A stretch of DNA of 64,000 nucleotides from Auanema rhodensis (taxonomy: Eukaryota > Animalia > Nematoda): NCBI GenBank assembly GCA_964057225.1, contig OZ059894.1, forward strand, positions 2,666,001-2,730,000, in the 5' to 3' direction. The position numbers and the translations under genes are program-made. Of the stretch, positions 1-14,100 are shown one piece after another. The first letter of the stretch is position 1. Each line of letters begins with the position of its first letter. The notes under the pieces were generated by a model. The model searched no databases. It worked only from the letters and a program-made list of their open reading frames with translations, and was not told the DNA's origin.

Positions 1-351
1 GACATTGTTATTCAACGAAAAAATTATTTCTTCAGGGTGAAAATCGAGGATATAAGTGTGAACATATATCAGTTGATATCTCGGTGCATTTTTAAGCTAG
101 CGCAAATCTGATAACACAGACCGACGCAGCTTAAAAATCCGCATCGAATGCACTATACCACATTGAGAAACGCTCAATACAAAAATTAGTTATGATCGTT
201 TGAAAAATGATGCATTAGTGTATGTTGAGTTTCCATGTACACTCAACATTGCTTCCAAAAACATTTTGACAAAAATTTTTTCGAAAAATTTCAAAATAAT
301 TTAGCAAAAAGTAGATGTTTTTAGATTCCTTTTTTCAAGGCGAAGACGATG
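1..351 (+). repeat. First monomer (351 bp, arbitrary phase)
   Basis: The unit runs GACATTGTTA...GAAGACGATG and the next copy starts at 352. The consensus has about 111 G+C in 351 bases by hand count. Confidence 0.97.
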
Positions 352-2106
352 GACATTGTTATTCAACGAAAAAATTAATTCTTCAGGGTGAAAATCGAGG
401 ATATAAGTGTGAACATATATCAGTTGATATCTCGGTGCATTTTTAAGCTAGCGCAAATCTGATAACACAGATCGACGCAGCTTACAAATCCGCATCGAAT
501 GCACTATACTACATTGAGAAACGCCTAATACAAAAATTAGTTATGATCGTTTGAAAAATGATGCATTAGTGTATGTTGAGTTTCCATGTACACTCAACAT
601 TGCTTCCAAAAACATTTTGACAAAAATTTTTTCGAAAAATTTCAAAATAATTTAGCGAAAAGTAGATGTTTTTAGATTCCTTTTTTCAAGGCAAAGACGA
701 TGGACATTGTTATTCAACGAAAAAATTAATTCTTCAGGGTGAAAATCGAGGATATAAGTGTGAACATATATCAGTTGATATCTCGGTGCATTTTTAAGCT
801 AGCGCAAATCTGATAACACAGATCGACGCAGCTTACAAATCCGCATCGAATGCACTATACTACATTAAGAAACGCCTAATACAAAAATTAGTTATGATCG
901 TTTGAAAAATGATGCATTAGTGTATGTTGAGTTTCCATGTACACTCAACATTGCTTCCAAAAACATTTTGACAAAAATTTTTTCGAAAAATTTCAAAATA
1001 ATTTAGCAAAAAGTAGATGTTTTTAGATTCCTTTTTTCAAGGCGAAGACGATGGACATTGTTATTCAACGAAAAAATTAATTCTTCAGGGTGAAAATCGA
1101 GGATATAAGTGTGATTTTATATCAGTTGATATCTCGGTGCATTTTTAAGCTAGCGCAAATCTGATAACACAGATCGACGCAGCTTAAAAATCCGCATCGA
1201 ATGCACTATACTACATTGAGAAACGCTTAATACAAAAATTAGTTATGATCGTTTGAAAAATGATGCATTAGTGTATGTTGAGTTTCCATGTACACTCAAC
1301 ATTGCTTCCAAAAACATTTTGACAAAAATTTTTTCGAAAAATTTCAAAATAATTTAGCAGAAAGTAGATGTTTTTAGATTCATTTTGTCAAGGCGAAGAC
1401 GATGGACATTGTTATTCAACGAAAAATTTAATTCTTCAGGGTGAAAATCGAGGATATAAGTGTGAACTTATATCAGTTGATATCTCGGTGCATTTTTAAG
1501 CTAGCGCAAATCTGATAACACAGATCGACGCAGCTTAAAAATCCGCATCGAATGCACTATTCTACTTTGAGAAACGCTCAATACAAAAATTAGTTATGAT
1601 CGTTTGAAAAATGATGCATTAGTGTATGTTGAGTTTCCATGTACACTCAACATTGCTTCCAAAAACATTTTGACAAAAATTTTTTCGGAAAATTTCAAGA
1701 TAATTTAGCAAAAAGTAGATGTTTTTAGATTCCTTTTTTCAAGGCAAAGACGATGGACATTGTTATTCAACGAAAAAATTAATTCTTCAGGGTGAAAATC
1801 GAGGATATAAGTGTGAACATATATCAGTTGATATCTCGGTGCATTTTTAAGCTAGCGCAAATCTGATAACACAGATCGACGCAGCTTAAAAATCCGCATC
1901 GAATGCACTATACTACATTGAGAAACGCTCAATACAAAAATTAGTTATGATCGTTTGAAAAATGATGCATTAGTGTATGTTGAGTTTCCATGTACACTCA
2001 ACATTGCTTCCAAAAACATTTTGACAAAAATTTTTTCGAAAAATTTCAAAATAATTTAGCAAAAAGTAGATGTTTTTAGATTCCTTTTTTCAAGGCGAAG
2101 ACGATG

Positions 2107-5100
2107 GACATTGTTATTCAACGAAAAAATTAATTCTTCAGGGTGAAAATCGAGGATATAAGTGTGATTTTATATCAGTTGATATCTCGGTGCATTTCTA
2201 AGCTAGCGCAAATCTGATAACACAGATCGACGCAGCTTAAAAATCCGCATCGAATGCACTATACTACATTGAGAAACGCTTAATACAAAAATTAGTTATG
2301 ATCGTTTGAAAAATGATGCATTAGTGTATGTTGAGTTTCCATGTACACTCAACATTGCTTCCAACAACATTTTGACAAAAATTTTTTCGAAAAATTTCAA
2401 AATAATTTAGCAAAAAGTAGATGTTTTTAGATTCCTTTTTTCAAGGCGAAGACGATGGACATTGTTATTCAACGAAAAAATTAATTCTTCAGGGTGAAAA
2501 TCGAGGATATAAGTGTGAACTTATATCAGTTGATATCTCAGTGCATTTTTAAGCTAGCGCAAATCTGATAACACAGATCGACGCAGCTTAAAAATCCGCA
2601 TCGAATGCACTATACTACATTGAGAAACGCTTAATACAAAAATTAGTTATGATCGTTTGAAAAATGATGCATTAGTGTATGTTGAGTTTCCATGTACACT
2701 CAACATTGCTTCCAAAAACATTTTGACAAAAATTTTTTCGAAAAATTTCAAAATAATTTAGCAAAAAGTAGATGTTTTTAAATACCTTTTTTTAAGGCAA
2801 AGACGATGGACATTGTTATTCAACGAAAAAATTATTTCTTCAGGGTGAAAATCGAGGATATAAGTGTGATTTTATATCAGTTGATATCTCGGTGCATTTC
2901 TAAGCTAGCGCAAATCTGATAACACAGATCGACGCAGCTTAAAAATCCGCATCGAATGCACTATTCTACATTGAGAAACGCTCAATACAAAAATTAGTTA
3001 TGATCGTTTGAAAAATGATGCATTAGTGTATGTTGAGTTTCCATGTACACTCAACATTGCTTCCAAAAACATTTTGACAAAAATTTTTTCGAAAAATTTC
3101 AAGATAATTTAGCGAAAAGTAGATGTTTTTAGATTCCTTTTTTCAAGGCGAAGACGATGGACATTGTTATTCAACGAAAAAATTAATTCTTCAGGGTGAA
3201 AATCGAGGATATAAGTGTGAACTTATATCAGTTGATATCTCGGTGCATTTCTAAGCTAGCGCAAATCTGATAACACAGATCGACGCAGCTTAAAAATCCG
3301 CATCGAATGCACTATACTACATTGAGAAACGCTTAATACAAAAATTAGTTATGATCGTTTGAAAAATGATGCATTAGTGTATGTTGAGTTTCCATGTACA
3401 CTCAACATTGCTTCCAAAAACATTTTGACAAAAATTTTTTCGAAAAATTTCAAAATAATTTAGCAAAAAGTAGATGTTTTTAGATTCCTTTTTTCAAGGC
3501 GAAGACGATGGACATTGTTATTCAACGAAAAAATTAATTCTTCAGGGTGAAAATCGAGGATATAAGTGTGATTTTATATCAGTTGATATCTCGGTGCATT
3601 TCTAAGCTAGCGCAAATCTGATAACACAGATCGACGCAGCTTAAAAATCCGCATCGAATGCACTATACTACATTGAAAAACGCTTAATACAAAAATTAGT
3701 TATGATCGTTTGAAAAATGATGCATTAGTGTATGTTGAGTTTCCATGTACACTCAACATTGCTTCCAACAACATTTTGACAAAAATTTTTTCGAAAAATT
3801 TCAAAATAATTTAGCAAAAAGTAGATGTTTTTAGATTCCTTTTTTCAAGGCGAAGACGATGGACATTGTTATTCAACGAAAAAATTAATTCTTCAGGGTG
3901 AAAATCGAGGATATAAGTGTGAACTTATATCAGTTGATATCTCAGTGCATTTTTAAGCTAGCGCAAATCTGATAACACAGATCGACGCAGCTTAAAAATC
4001 CGCATCGAATGCACTATACTACATTGAGAAACGCTTAATACAAAAATTAGTTATGATCGTTTGAAAAATGATGCATTAGTGTATGTTGAGTTTCCATGTA
4101 CACTCAACATTGCTTCCAAAAACATTTTGACAAAAATTTTTTCGAAAAATTTCAAAATAATTTAGCAAAAAGTAGATGTTTTTAAATACCTTTTTTTAAG
4201 GCAAAGACGATGGACATTGTTATTCAACGAAAAAATTATTTCTTCAGGGTGAAAATCGAGGATATAAGTGTGAACTTATATCAGTTGATATCTCGGTGCA
4301 TTTTTAAGCTAGCGCAAATCTGATAACACAGATCGACGCAGCTTAAAAATCCGCATCGAATGCACTATTCTACATTGAGAAACGCTCAATACAAAAATTA
4401 GTTATGATCGTTTGAAAAATGATGCATTAGTGTATGTTGAGTTTCCATGTACACTCAACATTGCTTCCAAAAACATTTTGACAAAAATTTTTTCGAAAAA
4501 TTTCAAAATAATTTAGCAGAAAATAGATGTTTTTAGATTCATTTTGTCAAGGCGAAGACGATAAACATTGTTATTCAACGAAAAATTTAATTCTTCAGGG
4601 TGAAAATCGAGGATATAAGTGTGAACTTATATCAGTTGATATCTCGGTGCATTTTTAAGCTAGCGCAAATCTGATAACACAGATCGACGCAGCTTAAAAA
4701 TCCGCATCGAATGCACTATACTACATTGAGAAACGCTCAATACAAAAATTAGTTATGATCGTTTGAAAAATGATGCATTAGTGTATGTTGAGTTTCCATG
4801 TACACTCAACATTGCTTCCAAAAACATTTTGACAAAAATTTTTTCGAAAAATTTCAGAATAATTTAGCAAAAAGTAGATGTTTTTAGATTCCTTTTTTCA
4901 AGGCGAAGACGATGGACATTGTTATTCAACGAAAAAATTAATTCTTCAGGGTGAAAATCGAGGATATAAGTGTGATTTTATATCAGTTGATATCTCGGTG
5001 CATTTTTAAGCTAGCGCAAATCTGATAACACAGATCGACGCAGCTTAAAAATCCGCATCGAATGCACTATACTACATTGAGAAACGCTTAATACAAAAAT

Positions 5101-8100
5101 TAGTTATGATCGTTTGAAAAATGATGCATTAGTGTATGTTGAGTTTCCATGTACACTCAACATTGCTTCCAAAAACATTTTGACAAAAATTTTTTCGAAA
5201 AATTTCAAAATAATTTAGCAAAAAGTAGATGTTTTTAGATTCCTTTTTTCAAGGCGAAGACGATGGACATTGTTATTCAACGAAAAAATTAATTCTTCAG
5301 GGTGAAAATCGAGGATATAAGTGTGATTTTATATCAGTTGATATCTCGGTGCATTTCTAAGCTAGCGCAAATCTGATAACACAGATCGACGCAGCTTAAA
5401 AATCCGCATCGAATGCACTATACTACATTGAGAAACGCTTAATACAAAAATTAGTTATGATCGTTTGAAAAATGATGCATTAGTGTATGTTGAGTTTCCA
5501 TGTACACTCAACATTGCTTCCAAAAACATTTTGACAAAAATTTTTTCGAAAAATTTCAAAATAATTTAGCAAAAAGTAGATGTTTTTAGATTCCTTTTTT
5601 CAAGGCGAAGACGATGGACATTGTTATTCAACGAAAAAATTAATTCTTCAGGGTGAAAATCGAGGATATAAGTGTGAACTTATATCAGTTGATATCTCAG
5701 TGCATTTTTAAGCTAGCGCAAATCTGATAACACAGATCGACGCAGCTTAAAAATCCGCATCGAATGCACTATACTACATTGAGAAACGCTTAATACAAAA
5801 AATAGTTATGATCGTTTGAAAAATGATGCATTAGTGTATGTTGAGTTTCCATGTACACTCAACATTGCTTCCAAAAACATTTTGACAAAAATTTTTTCGA
5901 AAAATTTCAAAATAATTTAGCAAAAAGTAGATGTTTTTAGATACCTTTTTTTAAGGCAAAGACGATGGACATTGTTATTCAACGAAAAAATTATTTCTTC
6001 AGGGTGAAAATCGAGGATATAAGTGTAAACTTATATCAGTTGATATCTCGGTGCATTTTTAAGCTAGCGCAAATCTGATAACACAGATCGACGCAGCTTA
6101 AAAATCCGCATCGAATGCACTATTCTACATTGAGAAACGCTCAATACAAAAATTAGTTATGATCGTTTGAAAAATGATGCATTAGTGTATGTTGAGTTTC
6201 CATGTACACTCAACATTGCTTCCAAAAACATTTTGACAAAAATTTTTTCGAAAAATTTCAAAATAATTTAGCAGAAAATAGATGTTTTTAGATTCATTTT
6301 GTCAAGGCGAAGACGATGGACATTGTTATTCAACGAAAAATTTAATTCTTCAGGGTGAAAATCGAGGATATAAGTGTGAACTTATATCAGTTGATATCTC
6401 GGTGCATTTTTAAGCTAGCGCAAATCTGATAACACAGATCGACGCAGCTTAAAAATCCGCATCGAATGCACTATACTACATTGAGAAACGCTTAATACAA
6501 AAATTAGTTATGATCGTTTGAAAAATGATGCATTAGTGTATGTTGAGTTTCCATGTACACTCAACATTGCTTCCAAAAACATTTTGACAAAAATTTTTTC
6601 GAAAAATTTCAGAATAATTTAGCAAAAAGTAGATGTTTTTAGATTCCTTTTTTCAAGGCGAAGACGATGGACATTGTTATTCAACGAAAAAATTAATTCT
6701 TCAGGGTGAAAATCGAGGATATAAGTGTGATTTTATATCAGTTGATATCTCGGTGCATTTTTAAGCTAGCGCAAATCTGATAACACAGATCGACGCAGCT
6801 TAAAAATCCGCATCGAATGCACTATACTACATTGAGAAACGCTTAATACAAAAATTAGTTATGATCGTTCGAAAAATGATGCATTAGTGTATGTTGAGTT
6901 TCCATGTACACTCAACATTGCTTCCAAAAACATTTTGACAAAAATTTTTTCGAAAAATTTCAAAATAATTTAGCAAAAAGTAGATGTTTTTAGATTCCTT
7001 TTTTCAAGGCGAAGACGATGGACATTGTTATTCAACGAAAAAATTAATTCTTCAGGGTGAAAATCGAGGATATAAGTGTGATTTTATATCAGTTGATATC
7101 TCGGTGCATTTCTAAGCTAGCGCAAATCTGATAACACAGATCGACGCAGCTTAAAAATCCGCATCGAATGCACTATACTACATTGAGAAACGCTTAATAC
7201 AAAAATTAGTTATGATCGTTTGAAAAATGATGCATTAGTGTATGTTGAGTTTCCATGTACACTCAACATTGCTTCCAAAAACATTTTGACAAAAATTTTT
7301 TCGAAAAATTTCAAGATAATTTAGCGAAAAGTAGATGTTTTTAGATTCCTTTTTTCAAGGCGAAGACGATGGACATTGTTATTCAACGAAAAAATTAATT
7401 CTTCAGGGTGAAAATCGAGGATATAAGTGTGAACTTATATCAGTTGATATCTCGGTGCATTTCTAAGCTAGCGCAAATCTGATAACACAGATCGACACAG
7501 CTTGAAAATCCGCATCGAATGCACTATACTACATTGAGAAACGCTTAATACAAAAATTAGTTATGATCGTTTGAAAAATGATGCATTAGTGTATGTTGAG
7601 TTTCCATGTACACTCAACATTGCTTCCAAAAACATTTTGACAAAAATTTTTTCGAAAAATTTCAAAATAATTTAGCAAAAAGTAGATGTTTTTAGATTCC
7701 TTTTTTCAAGGCGAAGACGATGGACATTGTTATTCAACGAAAAAATTAATTCTTCAGGGTGAAAATCGAGGATATAAGTGTGAACTTATATCAGTTGATA
7801 TCTCAGTGCATTTTTAAGCTAGCGCAAATCTGATAACACAGATCGACGCAGCTTAAAAATCCGCATCGAATGCACTATACTACATTGAGAAACGCTTAAT
7901 ACAAAAAATAGTTATGATCGTTTGAAAAATGATGCATTAGTGTATGTTGAGTTTCCATGTACACTCAACATTGCTTCCAAAAACATTTTGACAAAAATTT
8001 TTTCGAAAAATTTCAAAATAATTTAGCAAAAAGTAGATGTTTTTAGATACCTTTTTTTAAGGCAAAGACGATGGACATTGTTATTCAACGAAAAAATTAT

Positions 8101-11100
8101 TTCTTCAGGGTGAAAATCGAGGATATAAGTGTAAACTTATATCAGTTGATATCTCGGTGCATTTTTAAGCTAGCGCAAATCTGATAACACAGATCGACGC
8201 AGCTTAAAAATCCGCATCGAATGCACTATTCTACATTGAGAAACGCTCAATACAAAAATTAGTTATGATCGTTTGAAAAATGATGCATTAGTGTATGTTG
8301 AGTTTCCATGTACACTCAACATTGCTTCCAAAAACATTTTGACAAAAATTTTTTCGAAAAATTTCAAAATAATTTAGCAAAAAGTAGATGTTTTTAGATA
8401 CCTTTTTTTAAGGCAAAGACGATGGACATTGTTATTCAACGAAAAAATTATTTCTTCAGGGTGAAAATCGAGGATATAAGTGTAAACTTATATCAGTTGA
8501 TATCTCGGTGCATTTTTAAGCTAGCGCAAATCTGATAACACAGATCGACGCAGCTTAAAAATCCGCATCGAATGCACTATACTACATTGAGAAACGCTTA
8601 ATACAAAAATTAGTTATGATCGTTTGAAAAATGATGCATTAGTGTATGTTGAGTTTCCATGTACACTCAACATTGCTTCCAAAAACATTTTGACAAAAAT
8701 TTTTTCGAAAAATTTCAAAATAATTTAGCAAAAAGTAGATGTTTTTAGATTCCTTTTTTCAAGGCGAAGACGATGGACATTGTTATTCAACGAAAAAATT
8801 AATTCTTCAGGGTGAAAATCGAGGATATAAGTGTGATTTTATATCAGTTGATATCTCGGTGCATTTCTAAGCTAGCGCAAATCTGATAACACAGATCGAC
8901 GCAGCTTAAAAATCCGCATCGAATGCACTATACTACATTGAGAAACGCTTAATACAAAAATTAGTTATGATCGTTTGAAAAATGATGCATTAGTGTATGT
9001 TGAGTTTCCATGTACACTCAACATTGCTTCCAAAAACATTTTGACAAAAATTTTTTCGAAAAATTTCAAGATAATTTAGCGAAAAGTAGATGTTTTTAGA
9101 TTCCTTTTTTCAAGGCGAAGACGATGGACATTGTTATTCAACGAAAAAATTAATTCTTCAGGGTGAAAATCGAGGATATAAGTGTGAACTTATATCAGTT
9201 GATATCTCGGTGCATTTCTAAGCTAGCGCAAATCTGATAACACAGATCGACACAGCTTGAAAATCCGCATCGAATGCACTATACTACATTGAGAAACGCT
9301 TAATACAAAAATTAGTTATGATCGTTTGAAAAATGATGCATTAGTGTATGTTGAGTTTCCATGTACACTCAACATTGCTTCCAAAAACATTTTGACAAAA
9401 ATTTTTTCGAAAAATTTCAAAATAATTTAGCAAAAAGTAGATGTTTTTAGATTCCTTTTTTCAAGGCGAAGACGATGGACATTGTTATTCAACGAAAAAA
9501 TTAATTCTTCAGGGTGAAAATCGAGGATATAAGTGTGAACTTATATCAGTTGATATCTCAGTGCATTTTTAAGCTAGCGCAAATCTGATAACACAGATCG
9601 ACGCAGCTTAAAAATCCGCATCGAATGCACTATACTACATTGAGAAACGCTTAATACAAAAAATAGTTATGATCGTTTGAAAAATGATGCATTAGTGTAT
9701 GTTGAGTTTCCATGTACACTCAACATTGCTTCCAAAAACATTTTGACAAAAATTTTTTCGAAAAATTTCAAAATAATTTAGCAAAAAGTAGATGTTTTTA
9801 GATACCTTTTTTTAAGGCAAAGACGATGGACATTGTTATTCAACGAAAAAATTATTTCTTCAGGGTGAAAATCGAGGATATAAGTGTAAACTTATATCAG
9901 TTGATATCTCGGTGCATTTTTAAGCTAGCGCAAATCTGATAACACAGATCGACGCAGCTTAAAAATCCGCATCGAATGCACTATTCTACATTGAGAAACG
10001 CTCAATACAAAAATTAGTTATGATCGTTTGAAAAATGATGCATTAGTGTATGTTGAGTTTCCATGTACACTCAACATTGCTTCCAAAAACATTTTGACAA
10101 AAATTTTTTCGAAAAATTTCAAAATAATTTAGCAGAAAATAGATGTTTTTAGATTCATTTTGTCAAGGCGAAGACGATAAACATTGTTATTCAACGAAAA
10201 ATTTAATTCTTCAGGGTGAAAATCGAGGATATAAGTGTGAACTTATATCAGTTGATATCTCGGTGCATTTTTAAGCTAGCGCAAATCTGATAACACAGAT
10301 CGACGCAGCTTAAAAATCCGCATCGAATGCACTATACTACATTGAGAAACGCTCAATACAAAAATTAGTTATGATCGTTTGAAAAATGATGCATTAGTGT
10401 ATGTTGAGTTTCCATGTACACTCAACATTGCTTCCAAAAACATTTTGACAAAAATTTTTTCGAAAAATTTCAGAATAATTTAGCAAAAAGTAGATGTTTT
10501 TAGATTCCTTTTTTCAAGGCGAAGACGATGGACATTGTTATTCAACGAAAAAATTAATTCTTCAGGGTGAAAATCGAGGATATAAGTGTGATTTTATATC
10601 AGTTGATATCTCGGTGCATTTTTAAGCTAGCGCAAATCTGATAACACAGATCGACGCAGCTTAAAAATCCGCATCGAATGCACTATACTACATTGAGAAA
10701 CGCTTAATACAAAAATTAGTTATGATCGTTTGAAAAATGATGCATTAGTGTATGTTGAGTTTCCATGTACACTCAACATTGCTTCCAAAAACATTTTGAC
10801 AAAAATTTTTTCGAAAAATTTCAAAATAATTTAGCAAAAAGTAGATGTTTTTAGATTCCTTTTTTCAAGGCGAAGACGATGGACATTGTTATTCAACGAA
10901 AAAATTAATTCTTCAGGGTGAAAATCGAGGATATAAGTGTGATTTTATATCAGTTGATATCTCGGTGCATTTCTAAGCTAGCGCAAATCTGATAACACAG
11001 ATCGACGCAGCTTAAAAATCCGCATCGAATGCACTATACTACATTGAGAAACGCTTAATACAAAAATTAGTTATGATCGTTTGAAAAATGATGCATTAGT

Positions 11101-14100
11101 GTATGTTGAGTTTCCATGTACACTCAACATTGCTTCCAAAAACATTTTGACAAAAATTTTTTCGAAAAATTTCAAAATAATTTAGCAAAAAGTAGATGTT
11201 TTTAGATTCCTTTTTTCAAGGCGAAGACGATGGACATTGTTATTCAACGAAAAAATTAATTCTTCAGGGTGAAAATCGAGGATATAAGTGTGAACTTATA
11301 TCAGTTGATATCTCAGTGCATTTTTAAGCTAGCGCAAATCTGATAACACAGATCGACGCAGCTTAAAAATCCGCATCGAATGCACTATACTACATTGAGA
11401 AACGCTTAATACAAAAAATAGTTATGATCGTTTGAAAAATGATGCATTAGTGTATGTTGAGTTTCCATGTACACTCAACATTGCTTCCAAAAACATTTTG
11501 ACAAAAATTTTTTCGAAAAATTTCAAAATAATTTAGCAAAAAGTAGATGTTTTTAGATACCTTTTTTTAAGGCAAAGACGATGGACATTGTTATTCAACG
11601 AAAAAATTATTTCTTCAGGGTGAAAATCGAGGATATAAGTGTAAACTTATATCAGTTGATATCTCGGTGCATTTTTAAGCTAGCGCAAATCTGATAACAC
11701 AGATCGACGCAGCTTAAAAATCCGCATCGAATGCACTATTCTACATTGAGAAACGCTCAATACAAAAATTAGTTATGATCGTTTGAAAAATGATGCATTA
11801 GTGTATGTTGAGTTTCCATGTACACTCAACATTGCTTCCAAAAACATTTTGACAAAAATTTTTTCGAAAAATTTCAGAATAATTTAGCAGAAAATAGATG
11901 TTTTTAGATTCATTTTGTCAAGGCGAAGACGATGGACATTGTTATTCAACGAAAAATTTATTTCTTCAGGGTGAAAATCGAGGATATAAGTGTGAACTTA
12001 TATCAGTTGATATCTCGGTGCATTTCTAAGCTAGCGCAAATCTGATAACACAGATCGACACAGCTTGAAAATCCGCATCGAATGCACTATACTACATTGA
12101 GAAACGCTTAATACAAAAATTAGTTATGATCGTTTGAAAAATGATGCATTAGTGTATGTTGAGTTTCCATGTACACTCAACATTGCTTCCAAAAACATTT
12201 TGACAAAAATTTTTTCGAAAAATTTCAAAATAATTTAGCAAAAAGTAGATGTTTTTAGATTCCTTTTTTCAAGGCGAAGACGATGGACATTGTTATTCAA
12301 CGAAAAAATTAATTCTTCAGGGTGAAAATCGAGGATATAAGTGTGATTTTATATCAGTTGATATCTCGGTGCATTTCTAAGCTAGCGCAAATCTGATAAC
12401 ACAGACCGACGCAGCTTAAAAATCCGCATCGAATGCACTATACTACATTGAGAAACGCTTAATACAAAAATTAGTTATGATCGTTTGAAAAATGATGCAT
12501 TAGTGTATGTTGAGTTTCCATGTACACTCAACATTGCTTCCAAAAACATTTTGACAAAAATTTTTTCGAAAAATTTCAAAATAATTTAGCAAAAAGTAGA
12601 TGTTTTTAGATTCCTTTTTTCAAGGCGAAGACGATGGACATTGTTATTCAACGAAAAAATTAATTCTTCAGGGTGAAAATCGAGGATATAAGTGTGATTT
12701 TATATCAGTTGATATCTCGGTGCATTTCTAAGCTAGCGCAAATCTGATAACACAGACCGACGCAGCTTAAAAATCCGCATCGAATGCACTATACTACATT
12801 GAGAAACGCTTAATACAAAAATTAGTTATGATCGTTTGAAAAATGATGCATTAGTGTATGTTGAGTTTCCATGTACACTCAACATTGCTTCCAAAAACAT
12901 TTTGACAAAAATTTTTTCGAAAAATTTCAAAATAATTTAGCAAAAAGTAGATGTTTTTAGATTCCTTTTTTCAAGGCGAAGACGATGGACATTGTTATTC
13001 AACGAAAAAATTAATTCTTTAGGGTGAAAATCGAGGATATAAGTGTGAACTTATATCAGTTGATATCTCGGTGCATTTTTAAGCTAGCGCAAATCTGATA
13101 ACACAGATCGACGCAGCTTAAAAATCCGCATCGAATGCACTATACTACATTGAGAAACGCTTAATACAAAAATTAGTTATGATCGTTTGAAAAATGATGC
13201 ATTAGTGTATGTTGAGTTTCCATGTACACTCAACATTGCTTCCAAAAACATTTTGACAAAAATTTTTTCGAAAAATTTCAAAATAATTTAGCAAAAAGTA
13301 GATGTTTTTAGATACCTTTTTTTAAGGCAAAGACGATGGACATTGTTATTCAACGAAAAAATTATTTCTTCAGGGTGAAAATCGAGGATATAAGTGTGAA
13401 CTTATATCAGTTGATATCTCGGTGCATTTTTAAGCTAGCGCAAATCTGATAACACAGATCGACGCAGCTTAAAAATCCGCATCGAATGCACTATTCTACA
13501 TTGAGAAACGCTCAATACAAAAATTAGTTATGATCGTTTGAAAAATGATGCATTAGTGTATGTTGAGTTTCCATGTACACTCAACATTGCTTCCAAAAAC
13601 ATTTTGACAAAAATTTTTTCGAAAAATTTCAAAATAATTTAGCAGAAAGTAGATGTTTTTAGATTCATTTTGTCAAGGCGAAGACGATGGACATTGTTAT
13701 TCAACGAAAAATTTAATTCTTCAGGGTGAAAATCGAGGATATAAGTGTGAACTTATATCAGTTGATATCTCGGTGCATTTCTAAGCTAGCGCAAATCTGA
13801 TAACACAGATCGACGCAGCTTAAAAATCCGCATCGAATGCACTATACTACATTGAGAAACGCTTAATACAAAAATTAGTTATGATCGTTTGAAAAATGAT
13901 GCATTAGTGTATGTTGAGTTTCCATGTACACTCAACATTGCTTCCAAAAACATTTTGACAAAAATTTTTTCGAAAAATTTCAAAATAATTTAGCAAAAAG
14001 TAGATGTTTTTAGATTCCTTTTTTCAAGGCGAAGACGATGGACATTGTTATTCAACGAAAAAATTAATTCTTCAGGGTGAAAATCGAGGATATAAGTGTG

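Noticed and set aside
5-21. CENP-B box-like TTTCGTTGAATAACAAT on the minus strand
   Set aside because: Only the TTCG....A half matches; the essential CGGG is missing.
51-74. TATA-like TATAAG plus Inr-like TCAGTT promoter
   Set aside because: The spacing is about 20 bp rather than about 30, and such short motifs are expected in AT-rich DNA.
180-277. Sm-site-like AATTTTTG (minus strand), suggesting a tandem snRNA, SL RNA, 5S or tRNA gene array
   Set aside because: No recognisable spliced leader, donor site, cloverleaf or 5S/Pol III box; the motif is low complexity.
1-351. Monomer length is a multiple of 3 (117 codons), suggesting a tandem-repeat protein gene
   Set aside because: All six frames contain stops: plus-strand TGA 109-111, TGA 38-40 and TAA 93-95, and minus-strand stops opposite CTA 97-99, TTA 8-10 and TCA 12-14. 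There are also 17 frameshifting deletions.
330-400. Hammerhead ribozyme (known from some animal satellites): CUGAAGA on the minus strand with a downstream GAAA, and CUGAUAA on the plus strand
   Set aside because: I could not form stems I-III around the minus-strand motif, and the plus-strand motif deviates from CUGANGA. An Infernal search with Rfam hammerhead models would settle it.
352-702. Monomer as a diverged direct dimer of ~175 bp
   Set aside because: Only short AT-rich matches (ACATTG, AAAAATT) at inconsistent offsets were visible by eye.
4210-4323. 37-codon ORF (MDIVIQRKNYFFRVKIEDISVNLYQLISRCIFKLAQI) in some variants
   Set aside because: It is closed by TAA at codon 10 in most copies, has no recognisable homology, and is expected by chance.
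7459-7509. T92C and A133G co-occurring as a possible compensatory pair in hairpin 2
   Set aside because: The two sites are one register apart (92 pairs with 134), and shared descent explains the linkage.
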